Numbered from the stretch's first letter, positions 8,768-20,014 are shown. The stretch: DNA of 64,000 bases from Flavobacteriaceae bacterium (GCA_030835825.1 JAURRA010000003.1:7038-71037), one strand, 5' to 3'. Notes: a model not told the origin generated them from the sequence alone. Numbers and translations: made by a program.

Positions 8768-10881
8768 GACATTCTGTCGAACATATCAATTTATCCAACA
8801 GCGTTGCAAAGGCTCAAAAGGATCTGATGCGCTCTACGCAGACAGCCGAAGGGATCCCTTTAAAACCCTATTACACCGGTGAAGATATCGAGGGATTGAC
8901 CCATTTGAATTTTGGTGCAGGTACACCACCATACCTCAGAGGACCTTATGGAAGTATGTACGTCAGTCGGCCTTGGACAATTCGCCAATATGCAGGTTTT
9001 TCAACAGCTGAGGACAGTAACGCTTTTTACCGAAAGAATTTAGCTGCTGGACAAAAAGGCCTATCGGTAGCCTTCGATCTGCCTACGCATCGAGGTTATG
9101 ATTCTGACCACGACAGAGTAACAGGTGATGTTGGCAAAGCTGGCGTTGCAATTGACTCGGTTGAGGATATGAAGATTTTATTCGATCAAATTCCTTTAAA
9201 TCAAATGTCTGTTTCCATGACTATGAATGGTGCAGTACTTCCCATTATGGCATTTTATATCGTGGCAGCAGAGGAACAAGGCGTGGGATTAGATCAACTC
9301 TCTGGGACTATTCAAAATGATATTTTAAAAGAATTCATGGTGAGAAACACCTACATCTATCCACCTCAGCCATCCATGCGTATCATTTCTGACATTTTTT
9401 CATTTACCAGTAAAAAGATGCCCAAGTTTAATAGTATCAGTATTTCGGGTTACCATATGCAGGAAGCTGGTGCATCGAACGATATCGAATTGGCTTACAC
9501 TCTTGCCAATGGACTAGAATATCTTCGTCAAGGTATCAAGGAAGGAATTGATATTGACAACTTTGCGCCTCGTTTATCATTCTTTTGGGGCATTGGGATG
9601 AACCATTTTATGGAAATTGCTAAAATGAGAGCGGCTAGGATGTTATGGGCTAAAATAGTACAACAATTCAATCCGAAGAATAAGAAATCACTGATTTTAA
9701 GAACGCATTGCCAGACTAGCGGTTGGAGTTTGACGGAGCAGGATCCATTTAACAATGTTGCGCGAACTACCATTGAAGCTGTAGCAGCTGTTTTTGGAGG
9801 CACTCAAAGTTTACACACCAACGCATTGGACGAGGCCATTGCCTTACCAACGGATTTTTCTGCACAAATAGCAAGAAATACGCAAATCTATCTTCAAAAG
9901 GAACCCAACATTACAAAAACCGTCGACCCCTGGGCTGGGAGCTATTATCTCGAATCCCTTACCAATGACCTCGCCCAAAAAGCTTGGACTTTGATTGAAG
10001 AAATTGAAGCCATGGGTGGTATGACTGAAGCTAATAAAGCGGGGATTCCCAAAATGAGAATCGAACAGGCTGCAGCAAGAAAACAAGCTCGCATTGATTC
10101 CACCCAAGATATAATTGTGGGCGTCAATAAATTTTTGGTCGATCAGGACGACCACCTTCAAATTTTGGAAGTGGATAATACGGCCGTAAGAACCTCCCAA
10201 CTGGCGAGACTTAAGACCACCAAGTCAAGCAGAAATGAAACTGAGGTTGCCAAAGTTCTAAAAGAACTCACTGCTGGTGCAAGGTCAGATAAAAATTTGT
10301 TAGATTTGGCTATTAAAGCGGCACGGGTTCGAGCAACCTTAGGCGAAATTAGCACAGCCTTAGAAACTGTTTTTGGCAGATATAAGGCCGAAATTCAAAC
10401 ATTCAGCGGGGTGTATCAAAAAGCCATAAATAACGATTCTAAATTCGGTGAGGCTAAAGCCTTGTCCGATACCTTCGCCCAACAACAAGGCAGACGACCT
10501 CGTGTCATGATTGCAAAAATGGGTCAAGACGGGCACGACAGAGGAGCTAAGGTAGTCGCTACGGGCTATGCGGATCTCGGTTTTGATGTAGACATCGGCC
10601 CCCTATTTCAAACTCCCCAAGAAGCCGCAAAGCAAGCAGTTGAAAATGACGTTCATATACTAGGCGTTTCATCCCTTGCAGCAGGTCATAAAACTTTAGT
10701 GCCTGAAGTAATCCGAGCTTTGAAAACCTATGGTCGTGAGGACATTATGGTTATTGTCGGTGGAGTTATCCCAAAACAAGATTATGACTTTTTACTTAAG
10801 CATGGTGTCGCCGCCATTTTTGGACCAGGAAGCAATATCAGCGAGGCTGCTATCACTATTCTCCGAAAATTAATGACATAA
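8764..10881 (+). CDS. scpA: Methylmalonyl-CoA mutase large (alpha) subunit, B12-dependent
   Basis: 705 aa. [46 protein letters not shown], and a C-terminal B12 domain with [13 protein letters not shown]. Confidence 0.93.
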   Translation: MRHSVEHINLSNSVAKAQKDLMRSTQTAEGIPLKPYYTGEDIEGLTHLNFGAGTPPYLRGPYGSMYVSRPWTIRQYAGFSTAEDSNAFYRKNLAAGQKGLSVAFDLPTHRGYDSDHDRVTGDVGKAGVAIDSVEDMKILFDQIPLNQMSVSMTMNGAVLPIMAFYIVAAEEQGVGLDQLSGTIQNDILKEFMVRNTYIYPPQPSMRIISDIFSFTSKKMPKFNSISISGYHMQEAGASNDIELAYTLANGLEYLRQGIKEGIDIDNFAPRLSFFWGIGMNHFMEIAKMRAARMLWAKIVQQFNPKNKKSLILRTHCQTSGWSLTEQDPFNNVARTTIEAVAAVFGGTQSLHTNALDEAIALPTDFSAQIARNTQIYLQKEPNITKTVDPWAGSYYLESLTNDLAQKAWTLIEEIEAMGGMTEANKAGIPKMRIEQAAARKQARIDSTQDIIVGVNKFLVDQDDHLQILEVDNTAVRTSQLARLKTTKSSRNETEVAKVLKELTAGARSDKNLLDLAIKAARVRATLGEISTALETVFGRYKAEIQTFSGVYQKAINNDSKFGEAKALSDTFAQQQGRRPRVMIAKMGQDGHDRGAKVVATGYADLGFDVDIGPLFQTPQEAAKQAVENDVHILGVSSLAAGHKTLVPEVIRALKTYGREDIMVIVGGVIPKQDYDFLLKHGVAAIFGPGSNISEAAITILRKLMT

Positions 10882-10910
10882 AAAAAAGACCGCAAAAGCG
10901 GTCTTTTTAA
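10882..10910. terminator. Bidirectional rho-independent terminator between mutase and M16 peptidase
   Basis: AGACCGC (10887-10893) / GCGGTCT (10898-10904) stem with an AAAA loop, flanked by an A-run upstream and a T-run downstream. Confidence 0.7.
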
Positions 10911-10925
10911 TTTAAAGTAAGTTGA

Positions 10926-13649
10926 TTATTTAAAATCGCCCCCGCTGACAACCGTCCAGTCTTCAAGAGGTTTAAAGTACTTTTTAATAACTGCATTGAC
11001 CGCATCAACTGTAAGAGAAGTCACGCTAGACTCCAACTCCTTATGGAAAGACATGTCGCGATCATAATACAAATTATTATTGATCAAAGACGACAGTTCG
11101 TTGTCTTTGGCTCTTGACACTGTTTTGCCCTGAACCCATCCATTTACAGCGCTGTTCAATTCATCTTGAGTGATACCGTCGGCAATAAATCGATCCAATT
11201 CTTCTTTGAAACCAATTTGCACCTTCTCCGCATTCATTGGGGCATAAATCGCGTATATGATTAAAGTCGAGTTTTTATCATCAGATGAGCTATCTAAACT
11301 GACTTGAGAACCAGCACCGTAACTCACACCGTCTTGTTGTCTTAGACGAGTGGCCACCCTAGAGTTTAAAAATCCACCACCAAAAATGGTTCCCGCCACC
11401 TGAAGAGCCGCATTATCCTGGTCTGTTTCTGATGCTTCTATCGACAACATACCAATCGTAAATGCATTCTTCTTGTCCGGAGTAATGATATTTTCATTCG
11501 CTGGAATATTATTTTGGTAAGGATTTTTAATTTCAGTGTAGGTCTTATCGCATTTAAAGTCTGTAAAATTCCTTTCGAAGAAGGCCTTAACCATTTGAAC
11601 ATCCATGGTGCCAATGGCAACCAAAGACGCATTATTGGAAATACCATAGAAAGCGTTATAATAGGCTTGTAATTTATCAACGCTAACGGCCTTAATCATT
11701 TCTACTTGCTCCTCAAAACTTGGATTGTAATTGGGATGTCCCTTAGGGAAAAACTGATTGATTTGACTCATGCGCTGTGCAGCGAGAAATTGGGGGTCAG
11801 ACGCACTGGCTTCAAGCCTGGCCAAACGCTCAGTTTTGATTTTTTCGAGTTCGCTTGAATCAAAATTCGGGTTCTTAATCATATCAGTCATCAATTCCAG
11901 CGCCGACTTGAGGTGCTCTTTGGTGCTGTTGATATTGGCAAATACTTTTCCATTACTACCACTAAAATAAACCGAGGACTTGATTTCACTCAACGCATCT
12001 TCAATCGCCTGTCTTGAGCGGCCTTTTGTGCCCTTATTAAGCATAGCTGAAACAAAATTAGCTGTCATGCCTTGATTCATAAAGTCATCGACATTACCTG
12101 TTCTGATGGCTAACGATAAGGAAACTGTTTCCCCTCTGTTGGCTTTTTCGATAAATCCGAATGAAATACCAGAATTAGGCAAAACTCCGCTATCCAATTG
12201 GTTTTGAATATTGGTATAGGCAACATTAAAATCTTCTCCGACATCTAGCGCTTTTTTCCCTTCATAGGAGGCTACTAAGTCATTAATTCCGTCGTTATGA
12301 GGTATCTCAACGCGCTCGGGTGCATCTGTTGGAATAAAGGTACCGATGGTTCGGTTGGTTGGAATGAAATATTTTTGAACAGCAGCATTCACCTGGTTGA
12401 GTGAAGTGCCTCCAATTCGGTCTCGGTGAATGAACGACAAGCGCCAATCCCCCGCACCTATGAACTCGCTCATATAGGTCCCCATCACACCGGAGTTCCT
12501 GCTCAGCTGATCCAATTGGTTCATAATATTGGATCTAGAACGCTTCAATTCGTCCTCGGTGATTGGATTAGATTTTAAATCATCTAAGACATTTTTTAAA
12601 ACCTCCTCGGCAGCAGGCAGAGATTTTTCTGAAGGGACACTGACGTTAAAGTTGATGTAGCCTGGATCCTTAGTAAAAGGATTGGACGCATAAACACTAG
12701 AAGCCATTTGCGTTTCCACTAAGGCTTTGTATAACCTTCCAGAAGGTGCGTCAGTTAAAACATTTTGAGCTAAGGTCAAAGCGGCATAATCGACATCAGA
12801 GCCTGCGGGAGAATGGTAAAGTGCCATAACCAATTGCAAATCCCCTACACGTTTAAGTTCAACGCGCTTCTCGCCGTCCTGCGCTGGCTCGACGGTAGCT
12901 ACCTCATTGAGAGGTGTGGATGGATTTTTGAGAGCTCCAAAGTACTTTTCAACCAATTCTAGCGTGCGCTTTTGGTCAAACTTTCCCGTAATCATCAAAA
13001 CGGCATTATCGGGGCGATAATATTTTTTGTAAAACGCCTTGAGATTATCAATTGGCACTCTTTCGATATCAGACCGATTGCCAATCGTTGAATTTCCATA
13101 GTTGTGCCACATATAAGAGGCTCTAATGACTTTTTGAGACAAGGTTCTTGAAGGAGAATTTTCTCCGCTCTCAAACTCATTGCGTACCACACTAAATTCA
13201 GAATCCAAGTCTTTTTTGGCAATATATGAATTGAGCATACGGTCAGACTCCAGGTCTAAGGCCCATTCTAAATTATCTTCGGTAGCATTGAACGTTTCAT
13301 AATAGTTGGTGCGATCATACCAAGTGGTGCCATTGGCACGAGCTCCGCGTTCGGTGAGTTCATTAGGAATGTCTTTATGTTTTGGAGTTCCTTTAAAAAC
13401 AAGATGTTCTAACAAGTGCGCCATACCTTTCTCACCATAACCCTCGTGACGAGATCCAACCAAATAAGTAATATTGACAGTGATCGTCTGTGAAGAATTG
13501 TCAGGAAACAGGAGCACTTTTAAACCGTTATTTAATTGGTATTCCGTTATTCCTTCGACGCTCGCTGTCTTCGTAATTTGGGCTGAGGATAAATGACTTA
13601 TTCCTAGAGTCAAAAGCACTAATAAAGCAGATTTAATAATTATTTTCAT
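10926..13649 (-). CDS. Secreted M16 (pitrilysin/insulinase) family zinc peptidase, double-length
   Basis: 907 aa. Signal peptide, inverted zinc motif HLLEHLVFKGT, and a second M16-like half. Confidence 0.88.
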   Translation of the reverse strand: MKIIIKSALLVLLTLGISHLSSAQITKTASVEGITEYQLNNGLKVLLFPDNSSQTITVNITYLVGSRHEGYGEKGMAHLLEHLVFKGTPKHKDIPNELTERGARANGTTWYDRTNYYETFNATEDNLEWALDLESDRMLNSYIAKKDLDSEFSVVRNEFESGENSPSRTLSQKVIRASYMWHNYGNSTIGNRSDIERVPIDNLKAFYKKYYRPDNAVLMITGKFDQKRTLELVEKYFGALKNPSTPLNEVATVEPAQDGEKRVELKRVGDLQLVMALYHSPAGSDVDYAALTLAQNVLTDAPSGRLYKALVETQMASSVYASNPFTKDPGYINFNVSVPSEKSLPAAEEVLKNVLDDLKSNPITEDELKRSRSNIMNQLDQLSRNSGVMGTYMSEFIGAGDWRLSFIHRDRIGGTSLNQVNAAVQKYFIPTNRTIGTFIPTDAPERVEIPHNDGINDLVASYEGKKALDVGEDFNVAYTNIQNQLDSGVLPNSGISFGFIEKANRGETVSLSLAIRTGNVDDFMNQGMTANFVSAMLNKGTKGRSRQAIEDALSEIKSSVYFSGSNGKVFANINSTKEHLKSALELMTDMIKNPNFDSSELEKIKTERLARLEASASDPQFLAAQRMSQINQFFPKGHPNYNPSFEEQVEMIKAVSVDKLQAYYNAFYGISNNASLVAIGTMDVQMVKAFFERNFTDFKCDKTYTEIKNPYQNNIPANENIITPDKKNAFTIGMLSIEASETDQDNAALQVAGTIFGGGFLNSRVATRLRQQDGVSYGAGSQVSLDSSSDDKNSTLIIYAIYAPMNAEKVQIGFKEELDRFIADGITQDELNSAVNGWVQGKTVSRAKDNELSSLINNNLYYDRDMSFHKELESSVTSLTVDAVNAVIKKYFKPLEDWTVVSGGDFK

Positions 13650-13826
13650 GGTTTTTATTTATAATTTTAATGAAAACCAAATTACGATTTTTTTTAGTAA
13701 CTGACTAGAGACTGCAATTGTAATTGTGTTAACTATTGATAGAAACATTGTTGATTGATTTATCGCAATTCCTTCTTGCCGCACAGCAAATAATATTATT
13801 TTTAGGACTTAAAATTAAAACCCCTT

Positions 13827-14585
13827 ATGGGCAGAATTATAGCCATAGCCAATCAAAAAGGTGGCGTAGGAAAAACTACTACAACTGTGAATTTAGCAGC
13901 ATCACTTGGGGCATTAGAAAAAAAAGTGCTTTTAATAGACGCTGACCCTCAAGCCAATGCTACATCAGGTCTGGGCATTGATGTGGACGCACAAACTTTG
14001 GGAACCTATCAATTACTTGAACATACGGAAGAGGCCGCTGCGTGTATTGTTGAAGGGTGTTCCCCGAATGTGTCAGTCATCCCCTCTCACATTGATTTAG
14101 TGGCTATTGAAATAGAATTGGTGGATAAAGAGGACAGAGAATATATGCTGCGAAAGGCCATTTTACCTCTAAAAGAGGCCTTCGATTATATCCTAATCGA
14201 TTGTGCGCCGTCCTTAGGTTTATTAACACTCAATGCCCTGACTGCGGCTGACGCTGTTTTGATTCCTATTCAGTGTGAATATTTCGCCTTAGAGGGCTTA
14301 GGCAAATTGCTTAACACCATAAAAAGCGTTCAAAAAATACACAACGCCGCTTTGGATATTGAAGGTTTGTTGTTGACCATGTACGATTCTCGATTACGAC
14401 TATCAAATCAAGTGGAGTCAGAGGTGAGACAGCATTTTAGCGACATGGTGTTCAAGACTGTTATCCAGCGGAATGTTAGGCTTAGCGAAGCGCCGAGCTT
14501 TGGCAAGTCAATAATAAATTACGATATTGACAGTCGCGGCGCCGAAAATTATATAGATTTGGCAAAAGAACTGATTACTAAATAA
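13827..14585 (+). CDS. parA: Chromosome partitioning ATPase ParA/Soj
   Basis: 252 aa. Deviant Walker A motif NQKGGVGKTTT, and IDCAPSLG. Confidence 0.92.
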   Translation: MGRIIAIANQKGGVGKTTTTVNLAASLGALEKKVLLIDADPQANATSGLGIDVDAQTLGTYQLLEHTEEAAACIVEGCSPNVSVIPSHIDLVAIEIELVDKEDREYMLRKAILPLKEAFDYILIDCAPSLGLLTLNALTAADAVLIPIQCEYFALEGLGKLLNTIKSVQKIHNAALDIEGLLLTMYDSRLRLSNQVESEVRQHFSDMVFKTVIQRNVRLSEAPSFGKSIINYDIDSRGAENYIDLAKELITK

Positions 14586-14592
14586 ACTATTT

Positions 14593-15486
14593 ATGGCCAA
14601 AGCGACTCAAAAACAAGCACTTGGAAGAGGGTTGTCAGCATTACTCAAAGATCCTGCTAATGACATTCAATCGGCTCAGGACAAAAATGCGGCACAGCTC
14701 ATAGGCAGTATAGTCGAAATTGACACCGACAAAATCGAGGTGAATCCCTTTCAGCCCAGGACGCAATTTAACGATCAAAATTTGTCTGAACTCGCCTCGT
14801 CAATAAAAGAACTGGGCATCATCCAACCCATTACCGTAAGAAAAATTGGGTTCGAAAAATTTCAATTGATTTCTGGTGAACGCCGACTCAGAGCAGCTAA
14901 ATTATCAGGTATTGAATCCGTTCCAGCTTTTGTTAGAATAGCCAATGATACTGAATCTTTGGAAATGGCCTTAGTTGAAAACATCCAAAGACAAGATCTA
15001 GATCCTATAGAAATTGCCTTATCATATGAGCGATTATTGAGTGAAATTAATTTGACCCAAGAACAACTTAGCGATCGCGTTGGTAAAAATCGTTCTACCA
15101 TAGCCAATTACTTGAGACTTTTAAAACTCGACCCAATCATCCAAACTGGAATGAGGGATGGCTTTGTCTCTATGGGGCATGGCCGAGCCTTAATTGGCCT
15201 GTCGGACACCAATCAGCAACTGACAGTTTACGACAAGGTAATTGCTAAGAGGCTTTCTGTAAGACAAACAGAAGATTTTGTCAGAAAACTCATTAGTCCT
15301 AAGTCTGTTGTTAATTCAAATGAATCTGCCAACAATTTCACTGAAACAGCAAAAAAAATGACACAATCGCTAGGCAGACAAGTGCATATTACTGCTAAAG
15401 CCGATGGTAAAGGGAAACTCAGTATTTCCTTTGAATCTCCAAAGGATTTGGCTGAATTGAAAAAAATTCTGACTGGTGATTCTTAA
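14593..15486 (+). CDS. parB: Chromosome partitioning protein ParB/Spo0J
   Basis: 297 aa. NPFQPRTQF, ISGERRLRAAK, and the HTH region LSDRVGKNRSTIANYLRLLKL. Confidence 0.92.
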   Translation: MAKATQKQALGRGLSALLKDPANDIQSAQDKNAAQLIGSIVEIDTDKIEVNPFQPRTQFNDQNLSELASSIKELGIIQPITVRKIGFEKFQLISGERRLRAAKLSGIESVPAFVRIANDTESLEMALVENIQRQDLDPIEIALSYERLLSEINLTQEQLSDRVGKNRSTIANYLRLLKLDPIIQTGMRDGFVSMGHGRALIGLSDTNQQLTVYDKVIAKRLSVRQTEDFVRKLISPKSVVNSNESANNFTETAKKMTQSLGRQVHITAKADGKGKLSISFESPKDLAELKKILTGDS

Positions 15487-16081
15487 GCTGCTACAAGTTC
15501 TTGGGTTTTTTATGGTTTGTTTTGGGGCTATGGCGCAGGACAAGTCGGAAAAACAGGAGGCACGACCTGATCTCCCTTTAGTGGCCGTTCAAAAAGCCGA
15601 TAGTCTCAATGCTTATGTTTTTCAACCACTAACTCCAGCTAAAGCTGCTTTCTATTCAGCCATACTACCTGGCCTCGGTCAGGCATATAACAAAAAGTAT
15701 TTTTGGATTCCAGTTTGGTACGCAGGTATAGGAACAGGGGTCTATTTCTATGTAAAAAACAACGAAGAATACAACCGCTATAGAGACGCATACAAGCGGC
15801 GGCTTGCTGGCTTTTCCGACGATGAATTTTGGGGAGACGGCGCGAATCCAAGAGTTTCCAATGACGGACTGGTGCGTGCTCAAAAGGTATTGTCTAGAAA
15901 TAAAGAAATTTCTCTTTTAGTGGCCGCGGGCGCCTATGTTTTGAATATCATTAATGCCAACGTTCAAGCCCATTTGCTGCAATACAATATTGACGACCAA
16001 TTGAGTTTTCAACCAAATTTGCAATTCGATAGTTATGACTTTTCGGCATCGATTGGCCTCAAATTAAATCTTGTTTTTTGA
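15476..16081 (+). CDS. DUF5683-family membrane protein
   Basis: 201 aa. Signal-like N-terminus and SAILPGLGQAYNKKYFWIPVWYAG. Sits directly after parB, as is usual in Bacteroidota. GTG start, so the start position is uncertain. Confidence 0.65.
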   Translation: MILKLLQVLGFFMVCFGAMAQDKSEKQEARPDLPLVAVQKADSLNAYVFQPLTPAKAAFYSAILPGLGQAYNKKYFWIPVWYAGIGTGVYFYVKNNEEYNRYRDAYKRRLAGFSDDEFWGDGANPRVSNDGLVRAQKVLSRNKEISLLVAAGAYVLNIINANVQAHLLQYNIDDQLSFQPNLQFDSYDFSASIGLKLNLVF

Positions 16082-16082
16082 T

Positions 16083-16799
16083 ATGAAAATTGCATTGTTG
16101 GGATTTGGAAAAATGGGGAAACGTATTGCAGAAATAGCAACCCATCAAGGGCATGAGGTTATCGTTAAAATAAATAGCGGTCATGGCTCAATAGATTTTC
16201 GAGATGCGGAAGTAGCCATAGATTTCAGCACGCCAGAAGTGGCCCCCATATTGATCAAAAAGGCTCTATTGGCGGGATTACCAGTTGTTTCCGGAACAAC
16301 AGGTTGGTTGGAAAAATTCGAAGAAATAACCCAAATCTGCAACACCAATAAGGGCACGTTGCTATACGCTTCAAATTTTAGTTTAGGTGTCAATGTGTTC
16401 TTTAAACTGAATGAGTATTTGGCTCAAATGATGGGTCGATTTAAATCATATAACATCGAACTTACAGAAATCCATCACATTGAAAAAAAAGATGCCCCGG
16501 GCGGCACGGCATTGAGTTTAGCACAGGACATATGTGCTTCAACTAAATATTCGAATTGGACTTTGGACTCCAAAAAACAAACTGACAGCACCATGCTCGT
16601 TAAGGCACTAAGAGAAGGTGCTGTACCTGGAACACATTTGGTAGAATACAAATCTGAAACAGATACAATTTACTTAAAACACGAAGCCCATAGTCGAGAC
16701 GGATTTGCACAAGGCGCATTGATAGCAGCTGCATGGGTTTTGGATAAAAAAGGCATTTATAGCATGCAAGATGTTCTTGATAAGCCAATAAATTTGTAA
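16083..16799 (+). CDS. dapB: 4-hydroxy-tetrahydrodipicolinate reductase
   Basis: MKIALLGFGKMG NAD fold, and ELTEIHHIEKKDAPGGTA. I prefer the ATG at 16083 to the TTG at 16071. Confidence 0.9.
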   Translation: MKIALLGFGKMGKRIAEIATHQGHEVIVKINSGHGSIDFRDAEVAIDFSTPEVAPILIKKALLAGLPVVSGTTGWLEKFEEITQICNTNKGTLLYASNFSLGVNVFFKLNEYLAQMMGRFKSYNIELTEIHHIEKKDAPGGTALSLAQDICASTKYSNWTLDSKKQTDSTMLVKALREGAVPGTHLVEYKSETDTIYLKHEAHSRDGFAQGALIAAAWVLDKKGIYSMQDVLDKPINL

Positions 16800-16840
16800 C
16801 AAAAAGAAAGCACCAACTACCTATAACAAACAATTTAGAC

Positions 16841-18385
16841 ATGAATTTCACAGACCTTATCATAGTTTTTTTGACCATTCAACTGTTACACGGCTTGGGG
16901 ACATGGAAGCTATACAGCAAAGCAGGACAAAAGTCTTGGCAAGCTTTTATACCTATTTTTAACGCTATTATTTTAATGCGCATCATCAATAGACCTTGGT
17001 ATTGGGTGCCTTTACTTTTTTTACCAGTGATCAATTTGATTATGTTTCCTGTAGTTTGGGTGGAAACTGCTCGGAGTTTTGGAAAAAATAGTAAACTCGA
17101 TACCGTTTTAGTGGTTCTAACTTTTGGACTCTATTTGTATGTAATCAATTATTCCTCGGACAATTCGTTTGTCGCAGAACGAGATTTGATGCCAAAATCT
17201 TCCTCTGGTGATTGGGTGGGTTCTATCCTCTTTGCCATTGTTGCAGCTACCTTTGTCCATACGTATTTTTTCCAACCCTTTGTCATTCCCACCTCATCGT
17301 TGGAAAAATCTTTGCTAGTAGGCGATTTTTTAATAGTCAGTAAAGTTCATTACGGCGCTAGAATTCCCATGACTACGGTGGCCGCTCCCATGGTACATGA
17401 TACTTTACCCCTGCTAAATATCAAATCCTATCTTCCAAAGTTTGAATTGCCCTATATGAGAATTCCAGGATTTGAATCCATTGAGCGCAATGATATTGTA
17501 GTATTCAATTGGCCTGTCGATACCATGATGAATATGTATTACACGGACAAGTACTATTACAAACCCATTGATAAAAAAACCAATTATGTCAAAAGATGTG
17601 TTGCTGTCGCTGGTGATACGCTAGAGGTAATCGACGGCTATGTTCACATCAATGGTCAAAAGAACACCCTACCAGACAGGGCCCAACTTCAATTTTCATA
17701 TTTGGTACAGCCCAAGTCCTATCAGTTCAATGCCAAAAATATGAGAGATATGTATGGCATAACTGACCCTTTTGGCATCATAAATCGACAAAATACCTAC
17801 AAATTCATGGCTATTAGCGATGATGTTATTGAAGATTTCAAAAACAATCCAAACGTCGAAAAACTGGTTCGCGATACTGACCAACTTGGAGAAGCCAGTC
17901 AAGGTATTTTCCCCAATCATTCTAAATACCCATGGAATAACGATTATTTTGGGCCTCTATACATTCCCAAGGCAGGCCAATCCATAGCTTTGACTCTAGA
18001 CAATCTGCCATTGTATGAGCGGGTTATTCGCGTTTATGAAAACAAAAAATTAGTCGTCCGTGATAATACTATTTTCATCAACGGTAGAAAGACCGATAAT
18101 TACACCTTTGAGAAAGACTACTACTGGATGATGGGAGACAATAGACACAACTCTCAAGATGCCCGGGTTTGGGGGTTTGTACCTTTCGACCACGTCGTTG
18201 GCAAACCAGTTTTTATCTGGATGAGTTGGGACAGCAATGGTAGTGGATTTAATAAAATTAGATGGGATCGACTTTTTACTACTGTCAGTGGCAGTGGCAA
18301 ACCTATTTCCTATTTTATTCCATTCCTGGCCTTATTGCTAGGCTGGTGGGGCTACAGACGCTGGAGACATCGCAAAGCACAATAA
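16841..18385 (+). CDS. lepB: Signal peptidase I with N-terminal membrane extension
   Basis: 514 aa. TSSLEKSLLVGD (Ser box), YVKRCVAVAGD (Lys box), and GDNRHNSQDARVWGFVP. Confidence 0.88.
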   Translation: MNFTDLIIVFLTIQLLHGLGTWKLYSKAGQKSWQAFIPIFNAIILMRIINRPWYWVPLLFLPVINLIMFPVVWVETARSFGKNSKLDTVLVVLTFGLYLYVINYSSDNSFVAERDLMPKSSSGDWVGSILFAIVAATFVHTYFFQPFVIPTSSLEKSLLVGDFLIVSKVHYGARIPMTTVAAPMVHDTLPLLNIKSYLPKFELPYMRIPGFESIERNDIVVFNWPVDTMMNMYYTDKYYYKPIDKKTNYVKRCVAVAGDTLEVIDGYVHINGQKNTLPDRAQLQFSYLVQPKSYQFNAKNMRDMYGITDPFGIINRQNTYKFMAISDDVIEDFKNNPNVEKLVRDTDQLGEASQGIFPNHSKYPWNNDYFGPLYIPKAGQSIALTLDNLPLYERVIRVYENKKLVVRDNTIFINGRKTDNYTFEKDYYWMMGDNRHNSQDARVWGFVPFDHVVGKPVFIWMSWDSNGSGFNKIRWDRLFTTVSGSGKPISYFIPFLALLLGWWGYRRWRHRKAQ

Positions 18386-18387
18386 GA

Positions 18388-19020
18388 ATGGCTGTCTTAT
18401 TGCATCCCACCTATTTTCCTTCGATTTGGACTGGAGCTATTGTAGCTCAGAATCGAAATATCAATTGGGAGCAAAACGACAATTATCAAAAGCAAACTTT
18501 CCGCAACAGAACTCGAATTTTATCTCCTACGGGGGCTTTGGAATTGACTGTTCCTGTTCAGTTTACTCAAAAAAACAGGCAACTGTACCGCGATGTACTG
18601 ATCAGTGAAGATCATGCCTGGAAACTGAAACATTGGAAGAGCATCACTAATTCGTATAGTAATTCGCCTTTTTTTGAATTCTATAAAGATGATATTGAAG
18701 AACTGTTTAGGTCATGTCCAAATAAACTATTTGAATTCAATCTACAGTGTATGCAGGCCCTATTCGAACTTATGGATCTGCCAGCTGCACAGCACTTTAC
18801 ATCCATATTTGAAAAGAATCCCAAAGAGAAGGATTATAGAGGAATGGTTGATACACAGTTAATTTGCAGTAACAACTCACGCTACATTCAGGTTTTTGAA
18901 AACGATATTGGATTTGTACATAACCTAAATCTACTCGACTTACTGTTTCACATGGGTCCAGCTTCAAAGCGTTATCTGCTGCGTTTATCTTTAGAATCAA
19001 TCGACTTTAGGGAAACTTAA
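18388..19020 (+). CDS. WbqC-family protein
   Basis: From the internal ATG (MAVLLHPTYFPSIWTG...QKQTFRNRTRILSPTGALELTVPV), which lies 3 nt after the lepB stop. The upstream part of the track ORF overlaps lepB. Confidence 0.65.
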   Translation: MAVLLHPTYFPSIWTGAIVAQNRNINWEQNDNYQKQTFRNRTRILSPTGALELTVPVQFTQKNRQLYRDVLISEDHAWKLKHWKSITNSYSNSPFFEFYKDDIEELFRSCPNKLFEFNLQCMQALFELMDLPAAQHFTSIFEKNPKEKDYRGMVDTQLICSNNSRYIQVFENDIGFVHNLNLLDLLFHMGPASKRYLLRLSLESIDFRET

Positions 19021-20014
19021 TATGCGCCAAAATAGGATTGTGATCTGATAATCCCCAAGACAATGTACGTTGGTTGGTGGTAAGAAATTTTTTATCCGTA
19101 AACACAAAATCGATTCGTATGGGAACGGATCTAAAATCAAAAGTAGAGCCAAAGCCCTCGCCCCCACTTTTGAATCCATCTAATAGGTTTTCTGTCAAAC
19201 GTCTGTAAACATAGGAATAGGCAGTATTGTTCAAATCAGCTGCAATCACAACGGCATATGGCGATGTCTTCAAGTGCTCCAAAAATTGGTTCATTTGTTC
19301 TTCTTGCCTTACAAAGGTTTTGCCCATACTCCGGACAAGTAATTCCGCCTGTTCTTGAGAAAATGAGGCTACATCCGCAGTTATTTTTAAACTTTGTAGG
19401 TGAAGATTATAAATACGAATGGTATCTGTTGCCGTGACAATATCGGCAAATATGGCATTATTAGTTGTACCCTCAAAACCCACCGAACCTTTGTTAATTA
19501 TGGGGAGTTTGGAATAGATCGCTTGACCAATTTTGGATCCTTGGTTTTTGATGTGCAGATATCGGAATTCATAATCTGGCATTTCAAAAGGAGCAGCCGA
19601 ATAAAACTCCTGAATACAAACAATATCAGGAGAAATTTTTAATACCGAGTCAGCTATGGTTTCAGGAATTTTATCATTATTAATCCAATCGTATAAATTA
19701 AAAAGTCTGACATTATAACTCATGATACTTAGGTCCGCGTCTTGCGGTTGTGGTTCAAACCGATATAAAGAAGACATATAAGGGTAACCTACTACCAACA
19801 CAATTGAGGAAAGGAGGACCTTTCGATTAAATTGGAACAGCCAGTACAATACGAAAATCACGTTAACAGCAATGAGAGCCGGTAAAATCAGACTCAAAAC
19901 AGATAGCACCCTGAACTGACTTGGTTTGAGGAAAGGAAGCAAATACCCGCAAATGGTAAATACAGCCACCACACTATTGATAAAAAAGACAAAATGCTTA
20001 AAAAACTTACTCAT
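19007..20014 (-). CDS. Endonuclease/exonuclease/phosphatase (EEP) family membrane protein
   Basis: 335 aa. N-terminal TM segments, then SIMSYNVRLFN, VCIQEF, and SDHNPILAHI at the C-terminus. Confidence 0.75.
   Translation of the reverse strand: MSKFFKHFVFFINSVVAVFTICGYLLPFLKPSQFRVLSVLSLILPALIAVNVIFVLYWLFQFNRKVLLSSIVLVVGYPYMSSLYRFEPQPQDADLSIMSYNVRLFNLYDWINNDKIPETIADSVLKISPDIVCIQEFYSAAPFEMPDYEFRYLHIKNQGSKIGQAIYSKLPIINKGSVGFEGTTNNAIFADIVTATDTIRIYNLHLQSLKITADVASFSQEQAELLVRSMGKTFVRQEEQMNQFLEHLKTSPYAVVIAADLNNTAYSYVYRRLTENLLDGFKSGGEGFGSTFDFRSVPIRIDFVFTDKKFLTTNQRTLSWGLSDHNPILAHIKFP

Noticed and set aside
13736-13945. 69-aa ORF overlapping the parA start
   Set aside because: It is out of frame with parA, has no motif, and parA has a canonical start and Walker A motif immediately downstream.
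13650-15486. parS site near parAB
   Set aside because: I looked for TGTTNCACGTGNAACA-like palindromes around and inside parB and at the CGTG occurrences I could spot elsewhere (for example near 45721 and 32205). None matched more than a few positions. A proper pattern scan is needed.
18262-18387. N-terminal extensions of track ORFs (WbqC 18262, dapB 16071, bamD 38199, ligA 41676, ribD 43018, HtrA 50923, rplS 53249, SulP 61925)
   Set aside because: Each extension overlaps the neighbouring gene, uses a non-ATG codon, or adds residues upstream of a canonical family N-terminus or signal peptide. Internal ATG starts were used instead.
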